This document shows positions 35,713 through 45,416 of a stretch of DNA of 60,215 bases, piece by piece. Within the stretch, counting starts at the first letter, position 1, and each line of letters begins with the position of its first letter. Source of the stretch: a virus (lineage: Duplodnaviria > Caudoviricetes); IMG/VR virus record IMGVR_UViG_3300012893_000001, positions 1-60,215 of that record. The stretch is one strand, 5' to 3'. Both the position numbers and the translations under genes were made by a program. The notes below the pieces were generated by a model. It saw nothing but the letters and a program-made list of their open reading frames with translations. It searched no databases and was not told where the DNA came from.

Positions 35713-36116
35713 GAAAAGCCGAATTTTTATCTAAGCTGGAGAAGGAAGCGAAAAGCGCGCCTAATCCACGGGATGCGCACATTGAGGTACACCGCGATAG
35801 CTATGTGTATTTAGCGTATACGTATCAGCATAACCCGGAAGCCTCTATTAAGCCCTTTAAAATGCTGCTGACCGAGCACCGCACCGCAGCCGGGGCGCAC
35901 GAAAAAGCCGCACAGTTATCCCGCTGGCTTGACGAGCAGGAAATTATCCCGGTACAAGTGAATAAGGACGCGCTGATCCGCAAACTCTACGTATCGCTTG
36001 AATACGAAATTGGGGTATTGGGGATCTCCACCGAGTTCACTCCTAACCAGATTAAGCAAATGGAAGCCATCGCACAGCGCCAGACGTGCGGCACGGTTAA
36101 GGTAGGCCGGTCATGA
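35709..36116 (+). CDS. hypothetical protein
   Basis: 135 aa in a coupled operon. Confidence 0.65.
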   Translation: MRKAEFLSKLEKEAKSAPNPRDAHIEVHRDSYVYLAYTYQHNPEASIKPFKMLLTEHRTAAGAHEKAAQLSRWLDEQEIIPVQVNKDALIRKLYVSLEYEIGVLGISTEFTPNQIKQMEAIAQRQTCGTVKVGRS

Positions 36117-36310
36117 GCTGGCTACCGTTGATCTATGTTGTGGGCGTTATCGTGTGCGGCTGGCTCCTCATTAACGACGAGCGCCACGCGTTGCCCGCTG
36201 ACCGTATCCCGGCATCCATGGCGGCGCTAGTTATTCTTGCGTGGCCGGTAACCGTCATAACAATGGTGTGGTGTCTGGTAGAGGAGTGGATATTCCATGA
36301 CGAACGATAA
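36113..36310 (+). CDS. small membrane protein (2 TM)
   Basis: Hydrophobic; IY..G and WP motifs. Confidence 0.6.
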   Translation: MSWLPLIYVVGVIVCGWLLINDERHALPADRIPASMAALVILAWPVTVITMVWCLVEEWIFHDER

Positions 36311-36512
36311 ACCGCGCTGGCGGTATGTGCTCACCGATTCGCTCAATATCGGCGATGTTGTATATACAATGGGGGTAACGTGGAAGGTTGTGAGTATATG
36401 CTCCCGTAATTCCTATAGGCATTTCTGCCTGACAACACAAGACGGTAGTAGAGCGAGTATATCTTGGTTTAACGGTACTCAACGGTGGCGGAGGATATAC
36501 GCAAATGATTAA
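36297..36512 (+). CDS. hypothetical protein
   Basis: GAGGAG RBS; L.IGDVV (KOW-like). Confidence 0.6.
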   Translation: MTNDKPRWRYVLTDSLNIGDVVYTMGVTWKVVSICSRNSYRHFCLTTQDGSRASISWFNGTQRWRRIYAND

Positions 36513-36693
36513 AGCCCGATTTACGAAAGCGCCGGGCGGCATAGTCCGCACCGGCATCTATTACAACGTCAATTATCACACCAGCCGCAACAACCTCATA
36601 GAGCTGGAAGCCAAGGGGCATGGCGTTTTGTTGTATGACCGCGCCACATGGGACGCCGCCCACGAACGGGGCGAGATAATTATTTTAAAATAA
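36505..36693 (+). CDS. hypothetical protein
   Basis: GGAGG RBS. Confidence 0.6.
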   Translation: MIKARFTKAPGGIVRTGIYYNVNYHTSRNNLIELEAKGHGVLLYDRATWDAAHERGEIIILK

Positions 36694-36725
36694 AACTTGC
36701 AGGGTGATTCTGCCTAGGCTATATT
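36688..36725 (+). promoter_or_regulatory. early promoter 3
   Basis: AAATAAAAC-TTGCAG-17 nt-TATATT. Confidence 0.75.
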
Positions 36726-36770
36726 TAGTTCAAGGCAGTACTCAACCAATCACCCAGTAAGGAATATCAC

Positions 36771-37193
36771 ATGAAAAACTCAGTCACCCACGTAGCGCAG
36801 AACGGCAACAAATTTCTTTTCTCTTATGGTGAACTGGTCGCCGCTTTCATCTCAGGCCGTGGCGTATTGAAATCCGATGCTTTCCACTCCCGCACCACTG
36901 CAAACCACATCTCGGCTTTCGTGAAGGCGACCGGCTGCAACGTGACCGTAACCCCTGACGACGAGCTGCAAGCCCTGTGTGATGTTCATTGCGTGTTCGC
37001 GGCCAACTGGCTGCAATCAAACGGCAGCGGCGGTACCGAGCCGGCAGACGGATGCAACCGCAAACGTAAGCTTATTGGTCACTTTGATACATATCTGGAA
37101 GCGAAAACCGCCGCGCTGGCATGGAACTACGTCAACGAGCCGGGCAAACTGTCCCGCAAAGCAGAGGTTATGAAAGGCGCATACCGTTACTAA
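36771..37193 (+). CDS. early phage protein
   Basis: LFSY...VAA.....S.TT..HI motif common in phage early proteins; TAAGGA RBS. Confidence 0.7.
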   Translation: MKNSVTHVAQNGNKFLFSYGELVAAFISGRGVLKSDAFHSRTTANHISAFVKATGCNVTVTPDDELQALCDVHCVFAANWLQSNGSGGTEPADGCNRKRKLIGHFDTYLEAKTAALAWNYVNEPGKLSRKAEVMKGAYRY

Positions 37194-37261
37194 GTGAATT
37201 TATACGCAGCGCCTCACCCGGGGCGCTTCAATAAGTTCGCCACTAACACAGAGAGCACACC

Positions 37262-37600
37262 ATGACACGCACACAGGTTCACGTTAATTTCAAAAGCAGC
37301 CCGCTGCACAACTACGTCACCAGCGTAGCGGACACCATGACCGACGAAGCGATCCGCACATACTTTGTCAATACCCGTTTTTGCGTAGGGTACAACAACG
37401 GCGTAGAAGATTTTGCAGTCTGCACCGATGTAGAAGTCACCCGCCAGCCCGCGCCGGATACAATTGACACCGGCATGGACGCGGCCACCGATGCGCTGTT
37501 TAAGGATTTGATGGGGATCCCACTCGTAACCCGCGAACTTGCCGGGCGCGACATACTCACCATTGCGGGAACACTGGCCGCTAAAGGATATCGTAAATGA
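37262..37600 (+). CDS. hypothetical protein
   Basis: 112 aa; C-terminal L.AKGYRK. Confidence 0.65.
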   Translation: MTRTQVHVNFKSSPLHNYVTSVADTMTDEAIRTYFVNTRFCVGYNNGVEDFAVCTDVEVTRQPAPDTIDTGMDAATDALFKDLMGIPLVTRELAGRDILTIAGTLAAKGYRK

Positions 37601-37878
37601 AACGCACGCCGGAGCAGGAACGGGCACGACAGGAACGCCGCCGCAGGGAAGCGGGGTTTGTGAAGTGCGACGTGTGCGGCAACACTGCGGGCGTAGGCCA
37701 AACACGATGCATCGCACACCGGGAATCGCCATATCTCGGGGTGGCTGTTAGTTTCTGGGATGCCAGCGAGTTAACCAAAGACATACAGAATTTTGTAGCA
37801 CAGATCGGCGGAGACGCAGACAGTAAAGAGTTGCGCAACTTAGCCAACTATTTAACCAGTAAAGGGTGGAAGAAATGA
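37597..37878 (+). CDS. hypothetical Zn-finger protein
   Basis: C..C.......C..H; C-terminal L.SKGWKK; ATGA overlap. Confidence 0.6.
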   Translation: MKRTPEQERARQERRRREAGFVKCDVCGNTAGVGQTRCIAHRESPYLGVAVSFWDASELTKDIQNFVAQIGGDADSKELRNLANYLTSKGWKK

Positions 37879-38099
37879 GCAAAGTATTTATTAAGCAGCT
37901 GCGGGATCCTGAATACCGCAAACAGCAGGCATTCACCAATTACGCCGAGTCAGCGCCGTTAATCCTCGCATTCTTCGCGGGGCACAACGCGGCCAAGGCT
38001 GGGCACAATTACATCGACACTAAAGCCCCGTTCGTAAACGACGCTGATAATCTGGAAGCGTTCAATGTGGGCTGGGATGAAGGGAGTAAGGCACGATGA
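37875..38099 (+). CDS. hypothetical protein
   Basis: ATGA overlaps at both ends. Confidence 0.6.
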   Translation: MSKVFIKQLRDPEYRKQQAFTNYAESAPLILAFFAGHNAAKAGHNYIDTKAPFVNDADNLEAFNVGWDEGSKAR

Positions 38100-38680
38100 A
38101 AGCCCTGTCTGTATTACTCGCCGCCGCCCTGCTGTCAGGGTGTGCATTCAGCGCGGGAGACTATGAGTATGAGCCGAAGGCTAAAGACAGCACAGATTTT
38201 ACTTTTGTTGGCGTGCCTATGGTGGCTGCTTTCCAAGGTAGCAGCGTACCAATTACGCCGACACTCAGCCTTACGGCGCTGCACGTGGCGGAGCTGATGC
38301 CGTGGCGCATTGTCGCGGTTCATGGTCAGTGTGACCTTGCGCTCATCCGCAACGACAACCGGGGTAAGGTGCTGCCGGTGTTAGAGGATGTGGCAAAGGG
38401 TCAGGCGGTCACCACGAACGGCTACAGCGGGCGCACAATGCTTCCTGTCCGTGGGTATGGTGTCGTTACCGGCACGGAGAAGGATGACCGCTCAGGGTAC
38501 ACCGCGTGCAGTCTGGACACCACCGGCGCTGGCGCTGTGCAAGGTATGTCGGGCGGCGCAATCCTCGCCGCTGATGGCGGCCTCGCCGGTATCCTGATCG
38601 GCATTGATTACACTCCGTCACGCACGTTTTACGTGCCGGCTCGCACAATCCGCCCTTGGTTACTGGAGCATATCCAATGA
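38096..38680 (+). CDS. lipoprotein with trypsin-like serine protease domain
   Basis: Lipobox LSGC; catalytic motifs TALHV, DLALI, GMSGG. Confidence 0.8.
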   Translation: MKALSVLLAAALLSGCAFSAGDYEYEPKAKDSTDFTFVGVPMVAAFQGSSVPITPTLSLTALHVAELMPWRIVAVHGQCDLALIRNDNRGKVLPVLEDVAKGQAVTTNGYSGRTMLPVRGYGVVTGTEKDDRSGYTACSLDTTGAGAVQGMSGGAILAADGGLAGILIGIDYTPSRTFYVPARTIRPWLLEHIQ

Positions 38681-38862
38681 CCGGCGAGATATGCGGGTGC
38701 CGTCGGGGGTATAAGAGCTGGCACGATGGGCTGTGCGGACACTGCCGCACCCGCAAGGATAAGGAAAAGCTCGCAAAGTATTTCCGCGAGATTGACGCAC
38801 TACAGCCCGCTGTACAAATCATGGGTATGCACACACTAAGAGCGAGGTATTTTGGAAAATGA
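38677..38862 (+). CDS. small Zn-finger protein
   Basis: C.C.........DG.CGHCR. Confidence 0.6.
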   Translation: MTGEICGCRRGYKSWHDGLCGHCRTRKDKEKLAKYFREIDALQPAVQIMGMHTLRARYFGK

Positions 38863-39617
38863 GTATCGAAATCCTACGGGAAGTACTGGCGGCAGCGCCG
38901 AACAATCACTACGTGGTTCAAACCACCGTTCGTTACTCCACGATACGCGACGCACTGGCCGATCATGAAGCGATGCGCGAAGAAGCACAGCGCCAGACAG
39001 ACCGCGCCGACGCTGCCGAGGCCAAGCTCAAATCAATGGGCGTGAAGCCGTGCCCGTGCTTAGGGATCAGCTGTCTTGGTTGCCCGGACTGCGGCGCGGT
39101 GATGGGCGACGCTACTTATCGGGAAATGTTTGGGGACATGTCAATGCCCGTAACTAACCCGGTGCAACGCTGGGATTCGCTATACCACGCGCCCATTGCT
39201 GATGAGATGCGCGAAGCCTTAAACAATTTGGTACGTGATGGCGCGAGTATGTTGTACGGTGGCCGCATGGTAGGAAAGTCTCGGCTGTACCATGAGTTCG
39301 TCGGCTATGATATGGCAAAACCCGGCTCGGATAAAACCGTGACGTGGGAGTACATGACCGAGACGGAAGCCGTGGAACGCGCCCGGGCGCACAGCGCCTC
39401 GTACCATATCGTTATCGCCAGTCATTACCAGCCGGTTATCGTATGTAAATTTGCGAAGGGGGATAAGGTGCGCCGCGAAGGAAGCCCGCATACTTACAAC
39501 TTCAAAACGCTGTTGCCCGATGGCTTATGTAAAATCGGGCGGCAGGTACACGTAGGATACGCCCGCGTGTGGATCGTTCCTGTCTCGGAGATTCGACACA
39601 ATGATCAGGGGGCGTGA
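38859..39617 (+). CDS. mosaic hypothetical protein
   Basis: RADAAEA coil, Cys cluster, C-terminal KOW-like F.KGDKVR. Confidence 0.65.
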   Translation: MSIEILREVLAAAPNNHYVVQTTVRYSTIRDALADHEAMREEAQRQTDRADAAEAKLKSMGVKPCPCLGISCLGCPDCGAVMGDATYREMFGDMSMPVTNPVQRWDSLYHAPIADEMREALNNLVRDGASMLYGGRMVGKSRLYHEFVGYDMAKPGSDKTVTWEYMTETEAVERARAHSASYHIVIASHYQPVIVCKFAKGDKVRREGSPHTYNFKTLLPDGLCKIGRQVHVGYARVWIVPVSEIRHNDQGA

Positions 39618-39849
39618 CCTTAAAAAGAAAGTGGCCGGGCTTAACGTCCGGCACAACGTAGACCCCGGGCACATCACGTATATGGATTGCGAGCAGTGGC
39701 GCAAGCCTGACGGGCACAGTGTATGGCGCGTAAGGATGTGGTCAGCCCGGGGGTTCATTTACGTGACGTCGTGGATGTCTGCGGCGCTCAACGTCACCGA
39801 GTTGGACGGCAAAGACTGGCGGCATCTTTTAAAGATTGCGAAATTATGA
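39601..39849 (+). CDS. hypothetical protein
   Basis: 82 aa; GGAG upstream. Confidence 0.55.
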   Translation: MIRGRDLKKKVAGLNVRHNVDPGHITYMDCEQWRKPDGHSVWRVRMWSARGFIYVTSWMSAALNVTELDGKDWRHLLKIAKL

Positions 39850-39886
39850 AATAAAACTTGCAGGGCATTTCTGACTGCGCTACATT
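39849..39886 (+). promoter_or_regulatory. early promoter 4
   Basis: AAATAAAAC-TTGCAG-17 nt-TACATT. Confidence 0.75.
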
Positions 39887-39919
39887 TGAATCACACCACA
39901 CAACAGAAGGTAAACAGTA

Positions 39920-40570
39920 ATGAGAATGACAGCATATATTCGCGGCCAGATGGTAGAAAAAGCTCTTGAAACATCTGGGTATGCCGAAAGGCACCGGGCG
40001 CTCGTGGAAACTACCGCTCTTTATGCGGAGAAAGTACGGCAGGTTATCTTAGCGGCGGAAGGCACTAACGATTCTAAGTTAGACGACCGCTACGCGACGC
40101 TGCACGACGTGAACAAATCGGCATTTCTGCATGTGAGTACGTCCCGTACCTACCATGACACACCCCATTACAATGTGAACATCGGCGGCCTGGACGTATA
40201 CCTGTATCTGGACGGGCAAAGCCATAGCCAAACGGGGAGTACCCACCTCACCGAAGCATTCAAAGAAGGGCAGAAATCTGGTAAACGTTGCTGGGTCCCA
40301 CGTTCTCGTCGCAACGTGGATAGCGAAGAATTAAAGCAGGAGTTTATGGATATTGAATCCGACTGGGTAGTTGTTGCTAAACTTAAAACTGACGTAACCG
40401 AATCGGTAAAAGCAGCCGTGTCGCAGTATTCCACTGTGGAAAAGATGATAGCCGCGTGGCCGGAAGCCAAAGAGCTGTTGCCTAAAGACCTGACCGAGCC
40501 AAAAGGCACCGCCATAGCCTTAGATATTAAAACGCTCAATGCTATCTGCGGCGTCCCGACAGGGGAATAA
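39920..40570 (+). CDS. Nmad5-family protein
   Basis: R.T..IR..M...AL N-terminus and TV.K....WPEA..LLP...LN...G.P C-terminus. Confidence 0.7.
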   Translation: MRMTAYIRGQMVEKALETSGYAERHRALVETTALYAEKVRQVILAAEGTNDSKLDDRYATLHDVNKSAFLHVSTSRTYHDTPHYNVNIGGLDVYLYLDGQSHSQTGSTHLTEAFKEGQKSGKRCWVPRSRRNVDSEELKQEFMDIESDWVVVAKLKTDVTESVKAAVSQYSTVEKMIAAWPEAKELLPKDLTEPKGTAIALDIKTLNAICGVPTGE

Positions 40571-40572
40571 AG

Positions 40573-41103
40573 ATGTTTGGAGAGCACAGAGATTACGAAG
40601 CCGAAGACGCGTATCATCGGCAGCAAGATGAAATCCGACGCGGTAGAGTATGCCACGACACCAATCAACCGCCCGACATGGGCGTACTACCAGAGGTAAA
40701 AGTTATGGCTAAAGACCCGAACTACCAAATCCCAGTCCCAGATTACTGCGCGACATCATCAGCGCCACCGGTACCTCCAATTCCGCCCGCGGTAGGTTAC
40801 ATCTACACGTTCGTGTCGAAGTCCGGCGCTGTGATTAATGGCAAGCTGACCGCCTCCGGGTTGAAAAACTATTTGGTCATCAATCTGGTAACCGGCGCAG
40901 AGATCATGTTGGACAAACACGGCATCGTGGACGTCTCGCCTACTGTCAAGCACGAAGCGGTGACCGCTGCGGCACTCACGAATGCGATTGATTCTTTCCG
41001 CGAATATCAGGAAGAAGACGGGGGAATCAGCGTGGGCGAGTACCTGCTGGGCGTCATCCGCGACGGCAACATTCACTTAGTTTTCTGGGAGCCAAAGCCA
41101 TGA
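40573..41103 (+). CDS. hypothetical protein
   Basis: 176 aa; GGGGA RBS. Confidence 0.6.
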   Translation: MFGEHRDYEAEDAYHRQQDEIRRGRVCHDTNQPPDMGVLPEVKVMAKDPNYQIPVPDYCATSSAPPVPPIPPAVGYIYTFVSKSGAVINGKLTASGLKNYLVINLVTGAEIMLDKHGIVDVSPTVKHEAVTAAALTNAIDSFREYQEEDGGISVGEYLLGVIRDGNIHLVFWEPKP

Positions 41104-41360
41104 AGCACTATCAGGCAATTCTATTCTTTACCGGCTTTGCCCTACTGGCCTCGTGCAACTACAGCGACGCGGCCACGGTTGAGATGTATCTCGACAGCAC
41201 CGCAGCAGGCTGTAACATCACGCTGGACGACACCGGGATCAGCACCACCGGCGCGACCTGTCAGCAGCTGTACCCGCTATTGGATGACGCAGCCGCGCAG
41301 GTATTCCCTGACGATGTGGTCGTGGTCACCATTGACGGCACGGAGTACCAGCGGCTATGA
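41100..41360 (+). CDS. secreted protein or lipoprotein
   Basis: Signal peptide with LASC; two further Cys. Confidence 0.6.
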   Translation: MKHYQAILFFTGFALLASCNYSDAATVEMYLDSTAAGCNITLDDTGISTTGATCQQLYPLLDDAAAQVFPDDVVVVTIDGTEYQRL

Positions 41361-41893
41361 GTAAACGTTTCGGGCGTAACCAAAAGCGCGCATTTCGCGC
41401 AGAGCTGGCGGAAACTAACGCAACCAATCAGCACCTGATTAACGAGCTGGGGCGTGAGCGCAATCTTAACCGTGATTGCAAGGATATTCTGGTCAGTCAG
41501 GGCGAAGCCATCCGCATGACGCGGGAGGTGCTGGGGCGGTACTTCCCGACGCTGCCGGTCATTGAAGTGTATGCAGAGTGTGCGCCGGATCAGCCGTATG
41601 TTGTAGCCCGTGAGCCTCGGGTATCGTGGCGTAACTCGGCGTATGAGCCGATGGCAGAAGTGAATGATCTGATGTTCCGCACTGAACAACTCTACGCGTT
41701 AGAGGGTCACGTGGAGCTTAATAAATTGCAGCGTTGCATGACGGTGCGTAGCTGGTACAGAAATGAGGGGGTGTCCTACCGAATCAGTGAGCAAGCCTTG
41801 CAGCACATGCCGCAGGGTGTTTTAGAAGGTCTGTTAATCCGTGATTTTATCCCGCACTTAGTGCAAAAACTGAAAGGTAAATACAATGGCTAA
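41357..41893 (+). CDS. hypothetical protein
   Basis: MSKRFGRNQKR start; ATGA overlap. Confidence 0.7.
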   Translation: MSKRFGRNQKRAFRAELAETNATNQHLINELGRERNLNRDCKDILVSQGEAIRMTREVLGRYFPTLPVIEVYAECAPDQPYVVAREPRVSWRNSAYEPMAEVNDLMFRTEQLYALEGHVELNKLQRCMTVRSWYRNEGVSYRISEQALQHMPQGVLEGLLIRDFIPHLVQKLKGKYNG

Positions 41894-42101
41894 TCGTGTA
41901 ACTTATGCAAACGTAGTTCGTGCTATGGCAGTTGTAGCGTCCGCAAGCATCACCCAGCGCAGCAACGATAAGAAAGTTATCGCGGCACAGAAAGCCTGTG
42001 ACGAATACAAGTCACGCGGCCACGGTGGCAAGAAAGCCCACAAGCCAACGGGCATCGCAAAGGCGCGCCGTGCTGCGCGTAAGGAACGCAATCGTGGCTA
42101 A
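41886..42101 (+). CDS. small basic protein
   Basis: TGIAKARRAARK motif. Confidence 0.65.
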   Translation: MANRVTYANVVRAMAVVASASITQRSNDKKVIAAQKACDEYKSRGHGGKKAHKPTGIAKARRAARKERNRG

Positions 42102-42300
42102 TAAATTATGGGCGTTACTATTCGGCGCAATATGCGCGGTTATGTCCTTCCTCGCCGTATCACTACTCATCGGTGTGCTGGTGCTACGCCCGGATGACTG
42201 GGCGGTCAGTGTCACCGTGACCGTGTTCGATGGGTTGATAGCCGCCGTGTGCTTCGTCAAGTGCCGCAAAGAATGGAAAGCTGCTCATGGCAATGCCTGA
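42094..42300 (+). CDS. small membrane protein (2 TM)
   Basis: GTG start after TAAGGA; two hydrophobic helices. Confidence 0.55.
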   Translation: MANKLWALLFGAICAVMSFLAVSLLIGVLVLRPDDWAVSVTVTVFDGLIAAVCFVKCRKEWKAAHGNA

Positions 42301-42862
42301 TCTCTTTATCGACGTTGAAACCGCAGGTAAGTCTGACCGGGCGGCGATTATCAGTATCGGTATGCAATTTTGCAACATACGAACCGGCGAGAAGGGGCCG
42401 ACATTCTACGCGCAGATAAGCCCAATCTCTGCGTTGCAGTATGGTGAGAAAGACGAGTCAACTATGGCGTTCTGGAATTCCAGCAAGACGACGCCAGAAG
42501 CCCGGCGGGAGGCGTTTGGTGGCACCAAGACCGCGCCGCAGGTCGGGGCGGAAGTGATATCGTTTGTCAAGACGCAACCCTACATTAAGCCGTGGGGTAA
42601 CGGATCGATATTCGATGTCACTATCATGCAGCACTGGTTCCGTATGCTGGGGATAGAAATCCCGTGGAACTTTTGGGACGCCCGGGATTTGCGGACGCTT
42701 CTGGATATCGCCGGGATGAATAAAAAGTCTGTCCCGTTCGAAGGAACGGAGCACGTCGCTATCGATGACGTCATGCACGAGGTTGAATTAGCCTGTGCGG
42801 CGTATGCTAAAATGTTCAAGCCAGAAGGGGATGACCCGGAACTGGTGATAGGGGCGATGTAA
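42287..42862 (+). CDS. DEDDh 3'-5' exonuclease
   Basis: IDVET, WGNG..FD, RDLRT, H.A.DD. Confidence 0.85.
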   Translation: MAMPDLFIDVETAGKSDRAAIISIGMQFCNIRTGEKGPTFYAQISPISALQYGEKDESTMAFWNSSKTTPEARREAFGGTKTAPQVGAEVISFVKTQPYIKPWGNGSIFDVTIMQHWFRMLGIEIPWNFWDARDLRTLLDIAGMNKKSVPFEGTEHVAIDDVMHEVELACAAYAKMFKPEGDDPELVIGAM

Positions 42863-42880
42863 TAACCGAGGGGGTACGTT

Positions 42881-43096
42881 ATGCCACGATTCAACACGCA
42901 GCAATCAGGATTTATTCGGGCACTGGACGACGGCGACAAGTCACTCGTAGAAGACCGGCTTAACCGGTTGCTGCTGTGGGGGATGAATAACGTACCCGCT
43001 TTCAAAGAACCGTGCCGCCTCGCATTACTTGGCCGCTTCGGATTCGTCCAATGCCAGCGCCTTGGCTGGTCACTTTTAAGGATCACAAATGAGTAA
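42881..43096 (+). CDS. hypothetical protein
   Basis: GAGGGG RBS. Confidence 0.5.
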   Translation: MPRFNTQQSGFIRALDDGDKSLVEDRLNRLLLWGMNNVPAFKEPCRLALLGRFGFVQCQRLGWSLLRITNE

Positions 43097-43484
43097 CATT
43101 TACACCGAAGATTTAGCCCGCTGGTATCTGGCGGAACTGGCATCCGCAGACCCGGAGACGGTAACGGGCGATGTGTTTGAAGTTATCGGCGAGTCGGATT
43201 GTTCCATTGACGTGAGCATCATCACGCTGGCGGATAGTGTGCTGGATATCCTCCACCGCCAGACACTGCTGATCCAGAAGTTGCAGGACATGGCTCCTGA
43301 TCTGGATGCGGCCAAGGCTCTGGTATTCTCCGCGTATAGTACCCCGGGCGACCGTTACCCAGATGATCGGGCGTGGTCGTATGACCTTCTCAAGAAAGCG
43401 ACTAAAGCGCACTCCCTGTTGCAGGGCGTAGCAATCCCCGCAGAGGAATCAGCCAATGCAAACACCATCCGCACCGGGCAGTGA
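43089..43484 (+). CDS. hypothetical protein
   Basis: TAAGGA RBS. Confidence 0.6.
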   Translation: MSNIYTEDLARWYLAELASADPETVTGDVFEVIGESDCSIDVSIITLADSVLDILHRQTLLIQKLQDMAPDLDAAKALVFSAYSTPGDRYPDDRAWSYDLLKKATKAHSLLQGVAIPAEESANANTIRTGQ

Positions 43485-43728
43485 CACACTGGAAGACGAC
43501 GAAGACGACATCTTTGATGAGATGTTAGAGCGCTACATGGTGATGGCAGGGGGCGACCCTGACGCGGCCACGCAGATAGCAGCGCAGGTACTCCACATAT
43601 TTATGGTGGAGTCTCAAAACCCTAAAGTAATTGTCCGGGGCACGGAGGGTGACCCCGATATGGTATCAGTGCTGGGCGACGTCGTAGAAAACGATGATGA
43701 AATTCCGGCCGGAACGGTGATCCACTAA
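43456..43728 (+). CDS. acidic hypothetical protein
   Basis: GAGGA RBS; D/E-rich; ends TVIH. Confidence 0.6.
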   Translation: MQTPSAPGSDTLEDDEDDIFDEMLERYMVMAGGDPDAATQIAAQVLHIFMVESQNPKVIVRGTEGDPDMVSVLGDVVENDDEIPAGTVIH

Positions 43729-44180
43729 TGAAAGACGATCAGGAATATATTAACGCGTGCCTGACCATAGCTAAATACATGACGGCGAGGGGAGAGGGCC
43801 GGGTAAGCCAATTTGTCGGGGACATGGGGCGGATCCATATCAGTATAGATGCTGTGGCTAGGCCGAGCAGTAGCGCGAGGTGGATACCCGCAGAGCATGA
43901 TTTTATCCGTACTCATGCGGCCACCGTGTCCCCGATAGAAATGGCTAAGGCATTAGGGCGGTCGGTAGATGCTGTACGTGTGCGTGCGTCTATGCTGGGG
44001 GTCAGGTTAGAGCGTAAAGGGCCGCAGTATGATATGCGTGTAGCGGATAGACTTGCCGGTAAAATACCCGCAAAAGATATCGCGGAACGCATAGGGTGCA
44101 ACGTCAGCACTGTGCAGAAATATATTGTTCAAAATGACCTCCCACGTATGAAAAAAGGTGGTAAGCATGATCGTAAATAA
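43728..44180 (+). CDS. tandem HTH protein
   Basis: W...E..FI.......EMA.ALGRS...V..RA..LG and DIAE.IGC..STV. Confidence 0.7.
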   Translation: MKDDQEYINACLTIAKYMTARGEGRVSQFVGDMGRIHISIDAVARPSSSARWIPAEHDFIRTHAATVSPIEMAKALGRSVDAVRVRASMLGVRLERKGPQYDMRVADRLAGKIPAKDIAERIGCNVSTVQKYIVQNDLPRMKKGGKHDRK

Positions 44181-44418
44181 GACACTCACTTTTGTTTATA
44201 ACCGCGATACGAAGCTGCACGAGTCCGTCGTCACCGGGCGATTGCTAAACTATGTGGGCGGTGCGCCTCCGCACATTTACGCGCTGGTAGACGAAGACGG
44301 ATCAACGCATCACCTGTATCTGGAAAAGCTTGGCCCGGGGGATGTGCTAACGCAGCTCAATTATTCCGATTACCGGGGAAATGCTACGGGGTCCGCAATA
44401 TTTATCAGAGAAAATTAA
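44167..44418 (+). CDS. hypothetical protein
   Basis: Overlaps the previous gene. Confidence 0.55.
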   Translation: MIVNKTLTFVYNRDTKLHESVVTGRLLNYVGGAPPHIYALVDEDGSTHHLYLEKLGPGDVLTQLNYSDYRGNATGSAIFIREN

Positions 44419-44454
44419 ATAATCCTTGCAGGGCGTTTCTGACTGTGCAATATT
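44417..44454 (+). promoter_or_regulatory. early promoter 5
   Basis: AAATAATCC-TTGCAG-17 nt-AATATT; spacer nearly identical to promoter 4. Confidence 0.7.
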
Positions 44455-44488
44455 AACTCCGAACCTAACCAACTCGGAGTTTTTCTTT

Positions 44489-44692
44489 ATGTCACTTATC
44501 GAAATCACACAAGCTGCAATGCGTACCGCCAAAGCCATACCGGGCGCGGATATCACCGTCCATGAGTCAGGCAGCGGACGCAATTTCCGTGTCGAAATAA
44601 AGCTCAATGGCGAGCAATACTTTGAGTCTGGCACCCCTCAGTACCTCCTCGGCTTCCTCCGTGGCTTCACCGCGCGAGGTACGCAATCATGA
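44489..44692 (+). CDS. hypothetical protein
   Basis: GGAG RBS; MSLIEIT. Confidence 0.6.
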   Translation: MSLIEITQAAMRTAKAIPGADITVHESGSGRNFRVEIKLNGEQYFESGTPQYLLGFLRGFTARGTQS

Positions 44693-44952
44693 AAGAATTC
44701 ACCGCAATTATCAGCACTGCCAAAATCGGCACGCCTTCCCGCTTTATCCTGTACCTCATCCACCACAACCATGTGGCAGCTGCGAAGTACCCTGACCAGC
44801 AGCACATGACCTATGAAGAACTGGCCGACTCCACAGGATTAAGCCATGACCGCGTGCGTAAAGCGTGCGCCCCACTCGTTAAAGCTGGCCTCATCACGAT
44901 TGAGTACCGTCGTAACAAAGGCCCGGCGCTGATCAGACTGGTGCAACCATGA
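44689..44952 (+). CDS. winged-helix DNA-binding protein
   Basis: TYEELADSTGLS...VRKA...LVKAGLI. Confidence 0.75.
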   Translation: MKEFTAIISTAKIGTPSRFILYLIHHNHVAAAKYPDQQHMTYEELADSTGLSHDRVRKACAPLVKAGLITIEYRRNKGPALIRLVQP

Positions 44953-45416
44953 AAGCGTATTTCTTTGACGGCCCGCTCGCCGGTAACGCCTCCGAGATGT
45001 CGGTGATAGAGCAACAGTCCATGACTATCATGGTTAACTACCTGTGGGCGGGCCTCCACCAACACACCGCCCAGTATTTCCCGCTGTATGAGGGGACGCT
45101 GGCCGGGCTTCCGGTCTGTGTGATGACCACACGCACGGACATTGCAGAACGCGACCTGATCAATCTGATTGACGAGGCCATGGCAATACAGCTCACCGCG
45201 CCCGATGAGGAGGCGCTGGCAGATCGTACGTCATTACAGCTTGACTCCGGCATACTGGACACCCTGTCCATGAATTATATCCGGCGGATGGCGCTCCTGA
45301 ATAAACGCCTGCTGGAGATTCAAAATGAAAGTGTCCATAGCGATAAACGACGTGATGCTGAAAGAAGTGATAAGCGCATTGGTGGCCGCAGCGGTCAGCC
45401 CGACGGCGCTCAATAA
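44949..45416 (+). CDS. hypothetical protein
   Basis: FFDGPLAG start motif; ATGA overlap. Confidence 0.6.
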   Translation: MKAYFFDGPLAGNASEMSVIEQQSMTIMVNYLWAGLHQHTAQYFPLYEGTLAGLPVCVMTTRTDIAERDLINLIDEAMAIQLTAPDEEALADRTSLQLDSGILDTLSMNYIRRMALLNKRLLEIQNESVHSDKRRDAERSDKRIGGRSGQPDGAQ

